Below, one piece after another: positions 1 to 13,822 of a stretch of DNA of 64,000 nucleotides; the first letter of the stretch is position 1, and every line of letters begins with the position of its first letter. Made by a program: the position numbers and the translations under genes. The stretch is from contig JAQGDQ010000003.1 of NCBI GenBank assembly GCA_030141605.1, positions 744,001 to 808,000 of the forward strand, read 5' to 3'. A model generated the notes under the pieces. That model was not told where the DNA came from. It searched no databases and was given only the letters and a program-made list of their open reading frames with translations. Source of the stretch: Tubiluchus corallicola. Lineage: Eukaryota; Animalia; Priapulida.

Positions 1-1129
1 TTCCTGTAAGAATGTATCACTATCAGCATCAAACATCTCGAATGTTTCATGCCCCCAGCTAGTATATATAGTTTGAGTTACTGGGCAGAGCCTATCCTTA
101 CATTCAAACACAGTCCCAGCAGTTTTAATGCATTCTATCTAACCTCTAATCACATATGCAAAAACGCTTTTATCAAATTATGCACGTTCGACTGCACATT
201 ATGAGACGATCACAAAACACCCTTACTCTCCCCGTTTAGTCATTGTGGGGGCAAAATTTATTTAGCAACTGGGCAACACTGGGAAACCAACTGTCTCCAC
301 AATGTTTCTAGCCGCTGTTTGCTGGCTTTATCTTACGATGTCTTAATTTTCATCGTACCTCCCATAACCATAGGCCAATTAGCAGTGTAATAAGATAAAA
401 TAAAAAATATATAGATACATGTATTTTATAAACTACGAGTTATATTTTTCATGTCATTGCACATAAGTATAACGTTAACTGTTGGCTTACGGATAAGAAA
501 TCTGTAGCAAAACAATAATGAGAGAATCTTTCAAGGATCTAACTGTTGCCAAAATTGGCTTTTTATGAAAACAAGGAAGTGCAGGATAATAGGTTTTCTG
601 AAAAAATTATAAATTTTTAAAGGTTTTTGTTCGCCAACTGTTCGAGATGTTAATATTCCCACGCTCGTAATTGTTTGGTGCTCTAATTCACTGCTCTACA
701 CTGAGCGTATAAAAGCAGTTGCAAATACATGGTAAATTTTCCTTCGAGGGGGATTTTGTCGTTTTTTTGAAGAGGCTTTTCATCATTTTTGTAGTGGCAG
801 ACTCGACAGCAGATTTTGAAATACGCACCGTTGTGCCATCTGTTGACAGAAAAAAACAAACACAACCTCGATCAAAAAGTAAATGAAAATATATTTTTCC
901 TCAAACGTTGAGTTATAAGCGTGAATTTCTTTTACAAACAACATTAGCATTAAATTTTCAAACTTTTAATTCTGATTAGACCGGGGGTCCCAAAATTTGG
1001 CCTAAATGACGAACAGACCAAATCCAGTGTAAGACTCTCATCAAAATTACTCATACTGAAATAATATTAAAATTCATCAAAATGTAACCTGTTCATTTTT
1101 TTACTGTAGTCTGGCTCTAAATTTAAATC

Positions 1130-1720
1130 AAGTTTAGTCGAATAATCTGTAACAAATAATAACAATATCCACAGTTAATGTTTTGTAATTTTAACTACTT
1201 TCAAACAAGTTTCTTCCCTTCTTGTATGAAAGAATGGAATAAGCTTGCTGTCGACGTTAGAAATAAATCGTCAGTAAGTAGTTCTAAGAAAGTTCTAATT
1301 AAAACTTATCGTCCTCCCGTTATTATTCTACTGGCTCACGTTACGCTTCTACGTTAACCTGTAGATTAAGATTGGGTACAAATGCTTTAATTTACTTTCT
1401 GTACGAACGCAGCTAATCATGTTCTCCTAAATATTTGTAACAAAAATGTGCAAACAGAAGCTGTTACATTATTTACTAATATGGCCATTTTACAATGCTA
1501 CAAGATTACCTTACTTGAGTAAAGTAACTGATTTAATGCCCCGTATGTTAATTTTAATGGCTTTTTGATGGTCGATAAAGCTAAACTTTTAGTTGCTGGA
1601 TCCGATCCGTTTCCAAAATCTATTAATCAAACATTGCTTAACGAAAGACAAATGCACATTACTAAGGCAAAAAGGCAAATATAGTTAACTAAGAATAAAG
1701 ATTTCATTATTATTATTATA
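1130..1720 (+). mobile_element. Degenerate 3' end of a CR1/L2-group LINE (ORF2 C-terminus remnant)
   Basis: Translation from ~1196 gives YFQTSFFPSCMKEWNKLAVDVRNKSSVSSSKKVL, then after a frameshift YYSTGSRYASTLTCRLRLG. This matches the SFFPxxxxxWNxLxxxxRxxxSxxxFKxxL...RLRxG motif of CR1/L2-type ORF2 ends. Stops and frameshifts are present, and an (ATT)n run at ~1706-1720 may be the tail. Boundaries are approximate. Confidence 0.75.
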
Positions 1721-2048
1721 TATTTCTTTAAATATATACACGTCTATATTCTCTGTTGCTAGTCATTGTAATTCTTATTGTCTTAGCTAGTCGAAATAAT
1801 AACAGTATGTTATTTAACGTGTCCACCGTTTATTTATCTAGATTATTAATAGATAAGTACACAACTAGCACACTTCCATAATATATTCAGAAAAAATCTT
1901 TGGGTTAAGCAGCTCTAGTTGTTTTATAGATAATTCTGTTAAAAAATAAATACGTTTGTAAAAAACAATATCTATTAGACATAATCTTTACATGCTTTTC
2001 TAAAAAAAACATTTAGTATTCAACTTGACAGATTAAAAGAGTTGCATG

Positions 2049-2416
2049 TTAGAAAGTCGAATCATTGCTACAATTGATCGCGAATTTTGTAAGCAGTCGT
2101 AGGTAAGCTACGATTTTAATCGCAACATCCGCAAGAAGCCAGATAATGACCACAAGCAATTTGAGGAAGAGAAGTCCGTGCTGCAGCAGCAGATTTTTAA
2201 GCCTAGAGTCGAAATGTTCACATGATTTGATGATCAAGCTTGGTAGAAATGAAACATTGCTCATTCGGCTCACGTAGACTTTAGGAACTCTTCTCTTTGT
2301 TTGAATTTGTGTTAGTGTACAAGTTTTCCAAAACTGTGGTCTGAACACAATAGAATAGCAAACTCTAAAGCTAGGCTGAATCATTTGACTTACAGGGGGT
2401 TACAGGTGTACTGAAC
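2049..2416 (-). CDS. Candidate two-exon fragment: 23-nt exon (2394-2416), 53-nt intron, then an exon starting at 2340; product unknown
   Basis: Minus strand reads ttgtattgcag|GTTCAGTACACCTGTAACCCCCT|gtaagt...ctattgtgttcag|ACCACAG. The join is in frame with ORF 2049-2384 (VQYTCNPLPQFWKTCTLTQIQTKRRVPKVY...). An alternative donor gtgagc lies at 2273. No homology recognised. Confidence 0.25.
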
Positions 2417-4512
2417 CTGCAATACAATCACCTTATATGGTTTGATCGCATTATCTATTAGTCAACATGAACATGTAAATAGTTTTGCAGCACTTGTTCT
2501 ACTTTTCGTTATCGTCTAGATGTATGATATTTTTAATTTACTCTTTGTTTTCCGTACTTGGAATGGATACTTGGTACTTGAAATAATACGTGGAATTAAA
2601 CGAAATCGGTTTGAGGGAACAATCTGACAGCTTAAATTTTTCATCCCCAAGGAAACTGATAGCCTCTCTATGTGTGTAAACGTGGTATTACACGATTATT
2701 ATTTGTCATGTGAGAGGTGTTTTAAAAGCAACCCGGCATTAATAGTTTTTTTCGCCTAACCGAACAGCATGGTGGGTTTGCCTGATGCTAAAAAAATACT
2801 TGATTTAGGATTTTTGTTTCGAATGTGCGGTTCAATTGCGCAATTCAGCTATCGACATACAATAGTCGTTACATTAACAGACATTCTTTCTCTCTCAATA
2901 TGTCCTCCTTCTTCAAGGCCAGAACAACTTCTGAACAAATATATTTCATAATTAAACGAGACAGAGGAGCTCGTGCCTAGCAGCTGTGCACGTAACAGAA
3001 ACCTGTGCTCATCAACGCTCACATAGTAATCCACAAGATGCCCGCCAGCTGATTAAAATCAAAAGCTAAAAATGCAAAAATATTGACGTTTAATTACGAA
3101 AAATATTTGAACAGTGTTCTACCAGTTTTTGCTCCGACGGTCCTGGAAGAAACGTGGTTACCATGCTGTACCTAGGCGGCTAACCCGAAACTGATATTCC
3201 AGTAAATGTAACTGACAACTCTTCGTGAGGCAAGTTTAATATGTAAGCATGTAAGTTAGTATAATATTATAAGTTGATACCATACGACAGGCCTACTTGC
3301 TCTTACAGCAAATAATTAATGAACTAGTGAATGTACAAATGGCTGATTCTTTTTCGCGCACGCATACATAAATGAGCTAAATTTAAGTACTTACTACATT
3401 AGCAGTTTTTAATGTTTTCCACCTCTTTACATTATTTTAATCAAACTGATTTTTTATTCTTGGAAACTTTGTGCACAAGCTATTTATTAGGCTACAAAAT
3501 GGTAATATTTTTGTCGTATGATTATAAATTTTTTAAAAAAATTATACCTAATATTATACAGAATGATCACAAGCTATTCACGCATCGTATGCATTTGCCC
3601 TATACAATGTCACATTTAGTCAGTCGAGTGACATAAATTCAATATTTTTTAAATACGCTGCACAACTAATAGAATATTCTTGACAAGTGGCATTTGAATT
3701 TCACAGAAGACGCATAACGACGCTGTACATTGACAAAAATCTCAATGCAATATAAATTAGCCGTGATAATGTGGCGTTTAGTAATCGATCAATATCAAAA
3801 AGTCCGGAGTGCAAACTGACACTTCCAATTTTCCAGCTGAAAATAAAATTTTTATTTGAAAATTTACAACACCGGAAAGTGCGCTTGCAAAATATCTCCT
3901 GACACGACAAATCGATAAACATCAATGAAAAAGGATCAAATTGCCGTTACATACCTCGCTTATCGGCAGCTCTTTTTATCGATCAATCGATCAAGGAAAA
4001 ATAAGTAGATCAGTAATTAATGAATCCGTTGAGCAAAAGGTGTTCGGGAGTGCATAAAACCTTGGTAAAATGAAATCATCTATCGCTTTCACAACATTCA
4101 GCATTTGACTGTACTGATTACTACGGATGTTGCGGCGTTACTGTTTTACACAAAACCCTCGCCATGGCACAACAACTACCATAATATTTATTCGGAATTC
4201 CTTTTCAAATCTGGTTTATTGGCCCGCAATATAACGCATTTTAATCTTTTGATCGGCTTGATACATCTGCCATAAATAAGGAGAGATTGGACAGTAAAGC
4301 AATAAACTTGCAACATAGATCGACTATAACACTAGGGGTCCACGAATATCAATTACAGTTGTTACTCTAAGCTTGCTCCCTAGTACATGACACCATTTCT
4401 GCTAAGTAATAATGGATACAAAATCGGCTGTAAGTTGTCTAAAAACAAGGATTATTAGGATTAGAAACATTACTTAGGAATTTAGGCTTATTGTTATATT
4501 TATTTAAAGGTG

Positions 4513-4973
4513 CATTTCGTCATTCACTAGTTACACCGGCACTAGCGTTTGCATCTCGGAAATGCACTGCACAAAAAGAGGAGCTGTACCTCCCAGTTCA
4601 GAGGTGTTCAGTTGTGATGTAGTGCGCGCGTTCGAGAGCTCATGTGTGAGCACAGCAGGAAATTACAAGTTTAAATTTTTAAACTTAAAATTTGTCGAGT
4701 TTTTGTGTATCATACTGAATGCCGTACAGTAGCACTGTACTTCAGTTCTTGCTTTTGTAAACGTGTGCAGCACCCTCATAGAATGTTTAGTTCACGACTT
4801 TGTGCTGTTAAAAAATATGTTCAGTTATGGAGTCAACACTAAATGGGCTCACTGGCCGTTAAGTTTTTAATTTATTATTTAATTATCAGAAACACTTTGG
4901 CATTATTTCAGGTGTTAAAATGTATACTTTAACCGTGCTTGAAAGTGGGGTACGATATGAAAAACCACACTGT
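4513..4973 (+). mobile_element. Dispersed repeat family A, copy 1 (5'-truncated non-autonomous element)
   Basis: Colinear similarity to 39133-39774 and 55997-56618 (e.g. cagttcagaggtgttcagttgtga, gtgagcacagc, ttattttaattatcagaaa). All three end at an equivalent atatgaaaa..ca.c.gt motif. Confidence 0.85.
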
Positions 4974-5189
4974 TTTCCTCTGAACTCGAACAACAAAAGA
5001 AATTTAGCAATGACCGCTTCGACTAAATTTATTCATTCTCAACCGGAAATACGATTAACCGTGATTAAAGAGTTCTTGCCACATTCCTCCTCTTCCTCCT
5101 TGCCACATTTCTTCTCTTCTTTCCCTATGTAGGCACCTATATCAATATGATATATGATATATTTGTGTATATATGTATATACCTATATG

Positions 5190-5320
<131 letters not shown>

Positions 5321-8300
5321 GTGGATAGTTCTCAATCACGGCCTCGGCATCGGTTAAGGCACTAGATTAGACTAAAAAAGTCGTCAACAGGGGAATACTT
5401 ATCTTATAAGTCATCGTTATATGTATAAAAAAAAACGAACGCACGTTCAAGAAAGACAACGTGCAGCATTGAATGCTCCTCTCTATTTGTTCTTCGTTCT
5501 TCGAAGAGTTCATTTGAGCGTTTATTCTTGTTATTTTTTGCGTTGCTGAAAATATTGTCATTGTTTGTATTGTTACGGTGAAACTGGTCAAAGACGCGCT
5601 CGCCGTCGTTCATGTTACTGTTGTTTTCATGCTGTTCAATATTGGATGTGAGTTAGGAGTAAAGCACATAACAGTAATCGTACTCTACTGGTCGCCCCTT
5701 ATGCACAAATTGTACTACTATCAGTCTTCCTCAGACAAATTCAGATTATAGTACGTTATCATAAATACTATTTTGTCCGAGAGACGTGACCATAACGTTC
5801 CCTTTTTCTGTAGGCCTACAAGGTCGTAAAACGACAGTCAAGTCTGTCCTTGAACGCGTGCGCAGTTGGGCATAGTGAAAAACGTACGCAACCATTGTGT
5901 ATTTAAAGAAACATAACAAAGAAGCAGTAGTCTTGATTATCTACAAATTAATAAGTTTTTTTGCAGCTAAATTCTGCTTCTTTGATGTGGTAAGTTTAAA
6001 CTACAGTTAAAAGTTTGCATTACTGATGGTTGATAGTAGTGTATCTCCCAAAAGTAATCTTGTGATCGGAGTGCTCGTAAAGTCAGGGTTGCAGCACACA
6101 AGATTCTCGTTAAACTAGTCTTCTTGAATCGTTTGAATTATCGTGCAACCCATAAACAATATAGAAAACGATGAAATAGGCTACTTTCCATCGATCCGCC
6201 GCGCAAACAAAACACAATTTTCCGGCTGAAGTAAGGAAAAAGAGGACAAGAGAGGAAAGATAATATAAATCCGCGGAAATAAGCCGCATGGCAAAATTGC
6301 GAGACAAGCAAGAGTGCGGTAATGAAGGCGAACTCTGCGCGAGCGAATTTCTTTAACTTTGAAGTCAGTTTATGCTTTTTGAAAGCGTAACTTTTCTACG
6401 ATCGACTAAAGTAAGTTCCAAATTCGCAAATTATAATACCATTTGTAAGATCACATGCATTGTAACTGTATGTACGTGCAGAATATTCCTGTCTCTCATC
6501 TGGCTAAAGCAGTAGCATTGATCATCCAGAGCAGGCAATGATAATTTTTAATAAAAATGAAAATACCTGGAAAAAAGATTCAAAACTAAGCAAAGAGATC
6601 ACAATATAACATTTTTACAGTGTTCCTGGGAATTACGATCCGCTGTGAAAGAATAGCTACACCTTCAGCATATGAGCTGCAAACACTCATTTCAATCATT
6701 TGATAGCATACAACTGGGGAATCCGTAAGCATGTCTACTAACGGAGGTCAAATGTTACAAAAACACGGGAGAGAAGAGAGAATTACATTGCAACAAAATT
6801 GATAGCGTAAGACGTCAAAATAAAAGAACAGAACGATAATCGCGCGAATGTAATAACCTAGCTAATGGGCGTCGCAGAAAGAAGTTTGAAAATTATAGAT
6901 TTGTCATTAATTTAGAGAGAGTTTAGCGTGTGTCACGAAAGAGCGGCCGCACTGACAAATTTAATCGAATTCTTGCGTATATCACACCATCAATCACCGG
7001 TACATTTTTACATCATTTACTTACGAATAATAACCCTCTAATAATCATTGCGCATACTGTAAACTCAGTAAGTATACAGTTTGTCATCAACCAGGTGAGA
7101 GATTTCGCTTAAAACTGACTCTCACGTAGTAGTTTCGTTTCCTATCCGTAGATGGTGCTAACCATTTAGTCACGATATCTGCTTAGTAAAGAGTTGTTTG
7201 TACTCTGACACTATTTTTATACATTTTATAATACACATGTTAAACAGTTCAAGTTCTGACAAGTGTACTTCTTCATGGAAGTACTTCACCAAAAAACATT
7301 AAAATCTTCCTTTACGATGGTGCACTTAGCAAATTAAAATGAACAGGGACCCCCACAAGTAGTTGGATAACATCTTCATTTGCCTAATGTTCAGCATTCA
7401 TACTAATGCGAAAGAAGGCTGGTTTGAAGTCTGCAATTAAAATTACAAAATTACAGTAAATTTAGTTACATTAATAGCCACCAAGCAGTAGCAAAATAAT
7501 GTTGCTAGCAATAAAAGAAAACGAAATAAGATTCTCAGGACTAGTTCAGAACAGCTCCAGACTATACTGGTAAAGATTAGTTTTCCGAATTACAAATCAA
7601 ATTTATGAATGACAGTTCTTAAAAAGGGATAGCTTATAAACTGATATGGCATTGTAGCATGTAGATTTCTCCCTAGTCGTATCATCGGCATAGCATTACC
7701 TTTCTGGATAACAGTTGACGCAATTTGCAGTGAAACGTTAATTATTAATATCAGTCCAATAAACTCACAACAATAAATTGACGTTACGCGTTGACAAACA
7801 AATACCACGGAATGCGATTTGAACCGGGATAATTACGCAGTACGGAACGGTTCACAGGAACGCTGTTTATTATATCAAGAACAGCGACTCTCTCGTCAAA
7901 CTACTGGCTTCATGCAACGAAGAATAGACAATCAGTGGTGATGGGGTTACACTTGTAATTTTCTTTGCCGCTGAGCAATCACTGCAGATCCAGTTTTTCA
8001 CGGTTTGATGCTCAAGAAACCATGAATAGATTTTCGCTCCACCATATAGCAAGATGGAGCTTAATTTGTTGAAGCATCACGTTTCTTTTTTTACTAAACC
8101 AACATGTAGCTAGCACCAGAGAAAACGAATAAAAACTATCCTAGCAATTAATTTTTCAAAATACTGGTGTCAAAACTACAATCCTTGGGGAGAAGACAAA
8201 ATTAAAGAAAAAAAACTGTATAACTTATTACAATTAACTTATATATAAACCGATACATACACAATTATACACAAGCATATTTATACACATACATACACAC

Positions 8301-8990
8301 ATACATACCATGCAATTTAACGTACGCTTATACATAGTATATATAACCAAAGTAGGTGCATAAACCAGATGTCAGCTGTTTATTTTCAAATACAGCAAGA
8401 GTTAACGTTTTATCGTTTCATGGAGATCAATTAGACGCGCGTAATTTGGACGCAACTTCATACTTTCTGCTTCAAGTTTATATGTTTAAACGGTTAAGTC
8501 TATTTTAATGAATAGGATGTAAACTCGCGACTCTCCTGGGAAAAAACTGTATGATGTTGACTCAATTATCATGCAAAACAGCAAGCGCAGAGCCTTGACT
8601 TGAGCTCATCCTGTTTATTATAGGAGAAATATTTTCCGCCTGATAAAATCAACATAAAATCTGAATAAAGAACGCATTTAGGGTCGATTAAATTGACAGC
8701 TTGCGGCAAGTTTCTAAGCTTTTTTGAAATATTAACAGTAAAGGCAAGATTTAGTGGGCAGTGCTCCCAAATCTACGAAGGATGGGAAGCGGAGTCGGAA
8801 AATGGCCCATGGCCAAATCTGCCCAAATCCACACCCATTCGTCCCAAACTGTGCAATTCATGAAACCTAAACAATGATGTTATAAGGAGTAAAAACATTT
8901 AACTGGTCCAATTTAGCTTTTGCTGGGTTATTTGTGCGGTTGGTTGGGCTTTTAACTGGGTTAAATTACGTATAATACCATACCAACCAA

Positions 8991-9540
8991 GTAAATAGGA
9001 GAAAGGACGCTACCTCAACGTTAAGCGAGTAAATAGGAGAAATGGTACAACCTCAACGTTAAGCAAGTAAACAGAAGAATTGAAGCTACCGCAACGTTAT
9101 GGGAGTAAATAAGAGAAATGGTACAACCTCAACGTTAAGGAAGTAAACAGAAGAATTGATGCTACCGCAACGTTATGGGAGTAAATAAGAGAAATGGTAC
9201 AACCTCAACGTTAAGGAAGTAAACAGAAGAATTGATGCTACCGCAACGTTATGGGAGTAAATAAGAGAAATGGTGTTACCTCAACGTTAAGCAAGTAAAC
9301 AGAAGAATTGAAGCTACCGCAACGTTATGGGAGTAAATAAGAGAAATGGTACAACCTCAACGTTAAGGAAGTAAACAGAAGAAATAATGCTACCTCAACG
9401 TTATGGGAGTAAATAAGAGAAATGGTACAACCTCAACGTTAAGGAAGTAAACAGAAGAAATAATGCTACCTCAACGTTAAGCCAGTAAACAGAAGAATTG
9501 ATGCAACCTCGACGTTATGCGAGTAAATAAGAGAAATGGT
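8991..9540. repeat. Minisatellite of 14.5 x 38-bp monomers, with alternating A/B variants forming a 76-bp higher-order unit
   Basis: Monomers start at 8991, 9029, 9067 ... 9523 with an exact 38-bp period. A = gtaaataagagaaatggtacaacctcaacgttaaggaa; B = gtaaacagaagaattgatgctaccgcaacgttatggga. Confidence 0.97.
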
Positions 9541-11300
9541 TTGATGCACGTACGAACAGTCTGGCTTCAGGTGAACACTGAAGGTTATTCCATGAAAATA
9601 CCATCACACATCGTGACAGTACTTATCGGATAGCAGGAAAACAAGCAATAAATACAACAGAACTTAATCAATAGTGCTCCATTGATGTACATCCAGGGAA
9701 TTGTATTTAGGGACACGGCACATTATCGCTGCGCGGTAAGGCGAGAACAATTCATTATTACACGTAGCACTAATATATTAAGTGCAAAAGAAGAACCATG
9801 GCAACTGTTATTGCTTTATGACCTACATGAACGCGCGTGCGTGCAGCATCACAATATTACTGAATATTTTTCAGGTAATTAAATAAACATTTGGAAATGA
9901 GAAATGATTAACCGTTTAGCAAAGTGCTGGAACAATACAGCAATTTAGCTTAATGGTACCTTGACTTAATTAAGATATATGCAGCGTTACATTCAGTACG
10001 TGTTACGCTGAATTATGAAGAGAAAGCTTGTAAACGACAAAAAAACATAGATAAGGCAGGCAACTGAAATTAAAATAAAGCAACTTAATTATGTTAGTCA
10101 TAGAAGAAACTCTCACTTTGTCGCAAGTCAACTCTGCCTATATGTTTGTTGATAAGTAGTCGCAATGAGAAATTAATCTCTAAATTAAAAACAACTACGT
10201 ATGACAAATAAAATTACTATGCAGTGCGCGAATTATGCAAACGAAAACTGTAACGCGTGGATGCATCTACATAAAGTGATTTATATGTCTATGTTTTTCG
10301 AAATCCTCTCTCAGTCTATGATTAACTTTGTTTAAAGTAAATTCTATATAAATGTAAAATAAAAAAGGATGGATTTATTCGTAAAATATTTATTTCAAAT
10401 TCGAAATTTTTTTCGCAATACAAAGACAATTACCTCCCTTAACTAAAACTTACTGTTTTAGGTGAATAAGAACCATGATACAGAAAACCGTGAGACAAGC
10501 AATCAGAACATTCTGTTAATGTGAAGAAGTGCACATTTCTTACTGTTTACCTTGATATAGGCAATTGACATTTACTACCATAAACCGGACAGCGGGAATC
10601 GCTTCGGCAGCAGCTTCTTTAATAATATAGCAAAAACGAAATACAAACATTGCAGTGCACTGCCAAACGTGCACGAAAATAAATAGTAAGCGTAGCGTAG
10701 CGTAGCAAACCTCTGGGAAAACGGTATAACAGAAAAGAATTATGAGCGCAAAAAATCTTCCCTGAGCTTAGTTCGCCATAAAAGCAAGTTCATCCCTGCC
10801 AACCATGCAGTCTCGCATCTCCGCAGGGGGTTCGCCATGGTAAAGACGCCTATACAAAAATTATTTGCGGTGGTTGAACAGAATGAAGCCATTAATCTGT
10901 CGAGCACATGCTGAAATCCTTTCACATGTAAAATTCTCCCTAGTTTTTGCATGCAGGGTTTGATGAAGCCATAATTTGCACGAGGAAACTACTGATTAAT
11001 AATAATCAAGCCTGCAGCTTAAAACACGTCCCAATGGGCACACACTTCAAAAGCTATTTATTAAACCAATTTCATACCGCATAGGCCAGTTATAGGCTAC
11101 ATTAAATAAGCTAACAGAAAATATTACAAGACTGAACAAAATCAGTATTGGGTTTACAAGTCAAGTTCTCATACCAGCAAAATATAAACGGCAAAGTACA
11201 AAAGACGAATTTTTATAACTATTTGTCTCTTGTGTACTGAATAGAAAATAAGATTAGTTCCTAAGTTACACAATAGCACTAAACGGACACGATGAAGGCT

Positions 11301-11410
11301 TTACTGAACTGGATTGGTTAGGCTTAGGGAAAGGTCCGTCCTAGGAACTGAAGACGGGAGACTGCTTGGACTCCCAAGGGATGAAATCATAGAAGATGAA
11401 ACCATATGAA
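11301..11410 (-). CDS. Candidate terminal coding exon, Ser/Pro-rich (xHMVSSSMISSLGSPSSLPSSVPRTDLSLSLTNPVQ*)
   Basis: Acceptor gttttcttgtgtag|, locally raised GC, and a phase-1 frame open to TAA at 11303-11301. A minus-strand AATAAA lies at ~11062-11057. No homology recognised. Confidence 0.3.
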
Positions 11411-12559
11411 CTACACAAGAAAACTTGTGAATCTCCATTGCTAAAACTATGAATTATTTAGAACAACAGAGAAAAGTTGTTTCTCAAGAATTTAATTAAA
11501 TCTATCCTTATTTGTATAAAGCTTCAGGTCAATATGCAGATCAACTTAAGCTATTGGTTATAAGCATTTTGAAAAAGGCAAGTCTTTTTTCATATCTTAT
11601 TAGATATGAAATTGACTAAAGAACAAAATCTTTAAAATTACTGCTATAATTATATTTACCGAGAAGTAATTAAACAAATAACGAACCCTGAGGATAATAA
11701 TTAACATCTATTAAGTGCTGGAGATGTCCTATAAGAAAATGCACCAGCTTTTTTATTAACCCTAGCAAAGAAGTTCGTTTAATTAGGTTTGTCAATACTT
11801 GACTAATTTAGACCTTGTGCGCCAAAAACTAATATCCCTGATTGCAAAATGTTTGATATTTAAATAATTGATTACAGGTTTTTTTATCTCTGCGTTTAAT
11901 TATTAAATGTACGATGGTGAATAAATTGCTGGCATTGCGTGATGCAATGTTTAATGCCGCAAATGAAGTTTGGGCCCTATGAGAATGAACAAACTGGCTG
12001 CAACGGCTCATAGCGCCGCTGATAAAATAGCAATTTGTTGAAAGGTAGCAGTTACATGAATAAAAATAACACTTTACGTAAAATATTAATCATTCTGCAA
12101 AAGTCGGGCGGAAGCTGCTAGCACTTGCTACTATTAATGGGAATCCTACTCGAAATCAAATTTTGGGTTGCAGTGCAGGTTTTCTGACTCCATTTACTTT
12201 GGGTTTCGTGAAATTTAATTGGCTCGTTCGATTTAATACCAATCCGCGCAAATTTCGAAATCAGAATACCACAGTTCACACGATTACAAACGTGCAACGA
12301 GCTACGCATTTTTCCAAGATGTCTGCTATTTACAGAAAAAGTGGATTTTGCAAAAAAAATGACAAACTGCCATTACTGCCTACAGGCTGTTGGCGATCTT
12401 GTTGGTCAAGTCTTCACTTCGACAGTCCTGATGGTTGTACAAGTGGAGATGGATCGCAAACGCCGCTATTGAACAGGAGTTATATGGCGTAATCGTTTCA
12501 AGTGAGCTAGTGTTATTGTAGTTGCCCATCTATAGAATTATCGATTTGGTCTGGCTGAC

Positions 12560-12830
12560 CGTTCACTTTTTATATGCTTACCGCTGAAGTAGGCCTAGAT
12601 ATGCCGCGATTATAGAATTACCGATTCCGTCTGTCTGTTCATCTGTTCGACTGTCACCATTTTTTCTCAGCCTTAGAGTAATATAAGAAGTTGATACCTC
12701 GTACAAAGGTAGGGCATCGTTAAGCTCGGAGAATATAAATTTTTGGATCAAATGGTGCAGGTGCAATTTTTTTCTACAATTTTTTGAAGATTCGCGTGTA
12801 ACAAAATTGGGTATTTAATATGCTCAACAC
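12560..12830 (+). mobile_element. Putative DINE-1/HINE-like (Helentron-associated) non-autonomous element remnant
   Basis: A T-rich start is followed by a short ccgtctgtctgt (GTCY-type) microsatellite and then ttttctc...tgatac...aggtaggg. The same motif order recurs at 30915-31030. The family assignment is inference. Confidence 0.4.
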
Positions 12831-13769
12831 CCTGGTGTAAGTGATCGTTAAACATCAGTAACAGCTAAGTGAATTATGATTCATTACCAGGGTATCAGAT
12901 AACACCAATCCCTAACATACATTACGCAGGAAACACATTTTTGAAGTAGTCTTCAAGTAGGTTGTTTCATTTAAACGTGCAGGGTATGATGGTAGCCAGT
13001 GGTTTTTCACGACTTCGAATTTGAATCTGTATCTGAATTTAGATTATTATTTAAAGGTTTAAACCTACGGGCATTGTAACTCAGACACGCTTAAAGTTTT
13101 TCCATTAAAAATTAACCCTCAAATTCTGTCTGTATCGAATTCTAACCTCAACTAACACGATGCTCTACATAACAGTAGTTGCTTTTTCACAGAAATTTGG
13201 TATCATTTTATGTGTCAATGTAGAAAGTACAACTTTGCGGTAATTTTGAAGTCGATTTCACAGAGGCAATAAAGTACAAGCTACAAGGAATAGTCGTGCA
13301 TCAGTCACTTATTCAGGCTACACAGTATCGTTTATGTAAGTAGTAATCAAATATCATAAGTGCCTGTACGTAAAATGAAGCCAGTCTCAGTTTTCATACA
13401 GTTCGTTGCTATACAACCCAAGTACCTATAGCAGGTAAAACAACGTGCTCGATTGTGACAGTAAAACAGTGTTCATGATTGTGACAGAACTGGAGTAGCA
13501 GGTGGATAGTGTGATAGACGAAATCGCTTATAGGTAGGTCTCCAGGTCTTTACTAATCCGCTTACTGAACAGGCTCTACGTTGCTTAACTTCGGTCGTGC
13601 TCAATTATAAGTCTCGCCTTAATGCATGCAGGCTTTTGCACAATCGCAGCATACAAAATATCTGTTTATTCCTTTGAGCTATCCAGGTGCGCGCTTTTTG
13701 CAATAAATGACCGCAAGAATTTTAGCAGCTACACAAACATTAATAATAGCGCTAGCCCCAGATAGAAAC

Positions 13770-13822
13770 CTGCAGAGAGCGGTATGCGCAGCCGGCCCCT
13801 CAGGCACACCACTAACGAAAAT
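13770..13822 (-). CDS. Candidate 53-nt exon (FSLVVCLRGRLRIPLSA)
   Basis: Acceptor ctaacaaatttgtttag| with a branch-point-like ctaac, in a GC-rich island. The donor CAG|gtttct is weak. Phase-compatible with 14349-14503 and 11301-11410. Confidence 0.2.

Noticed and set aside
5967-5989. Plus-strand 23-nt segment with consensus splice sites (ttttttgcag| ... |gtaagt)
   Set aside because: No compatible neighbouring plus-strand exons were found. It is kept as a reminder that such microexon-like patterns arise by chance in this composition.
8991-9540. CRISPR-like regular array
   Set aside because: Units are contiguous variants of one 38-bp monomer with no unique spacers; no cas genes; eukaryotic context.
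10599-10612. tcgcttcggcagca, matching part of the 5' stem-loop of U6 snRNA
   Set aside because: Only 14 nt; the stem is not completed and the rest of U6 (ACAGAGA box) does not follow.
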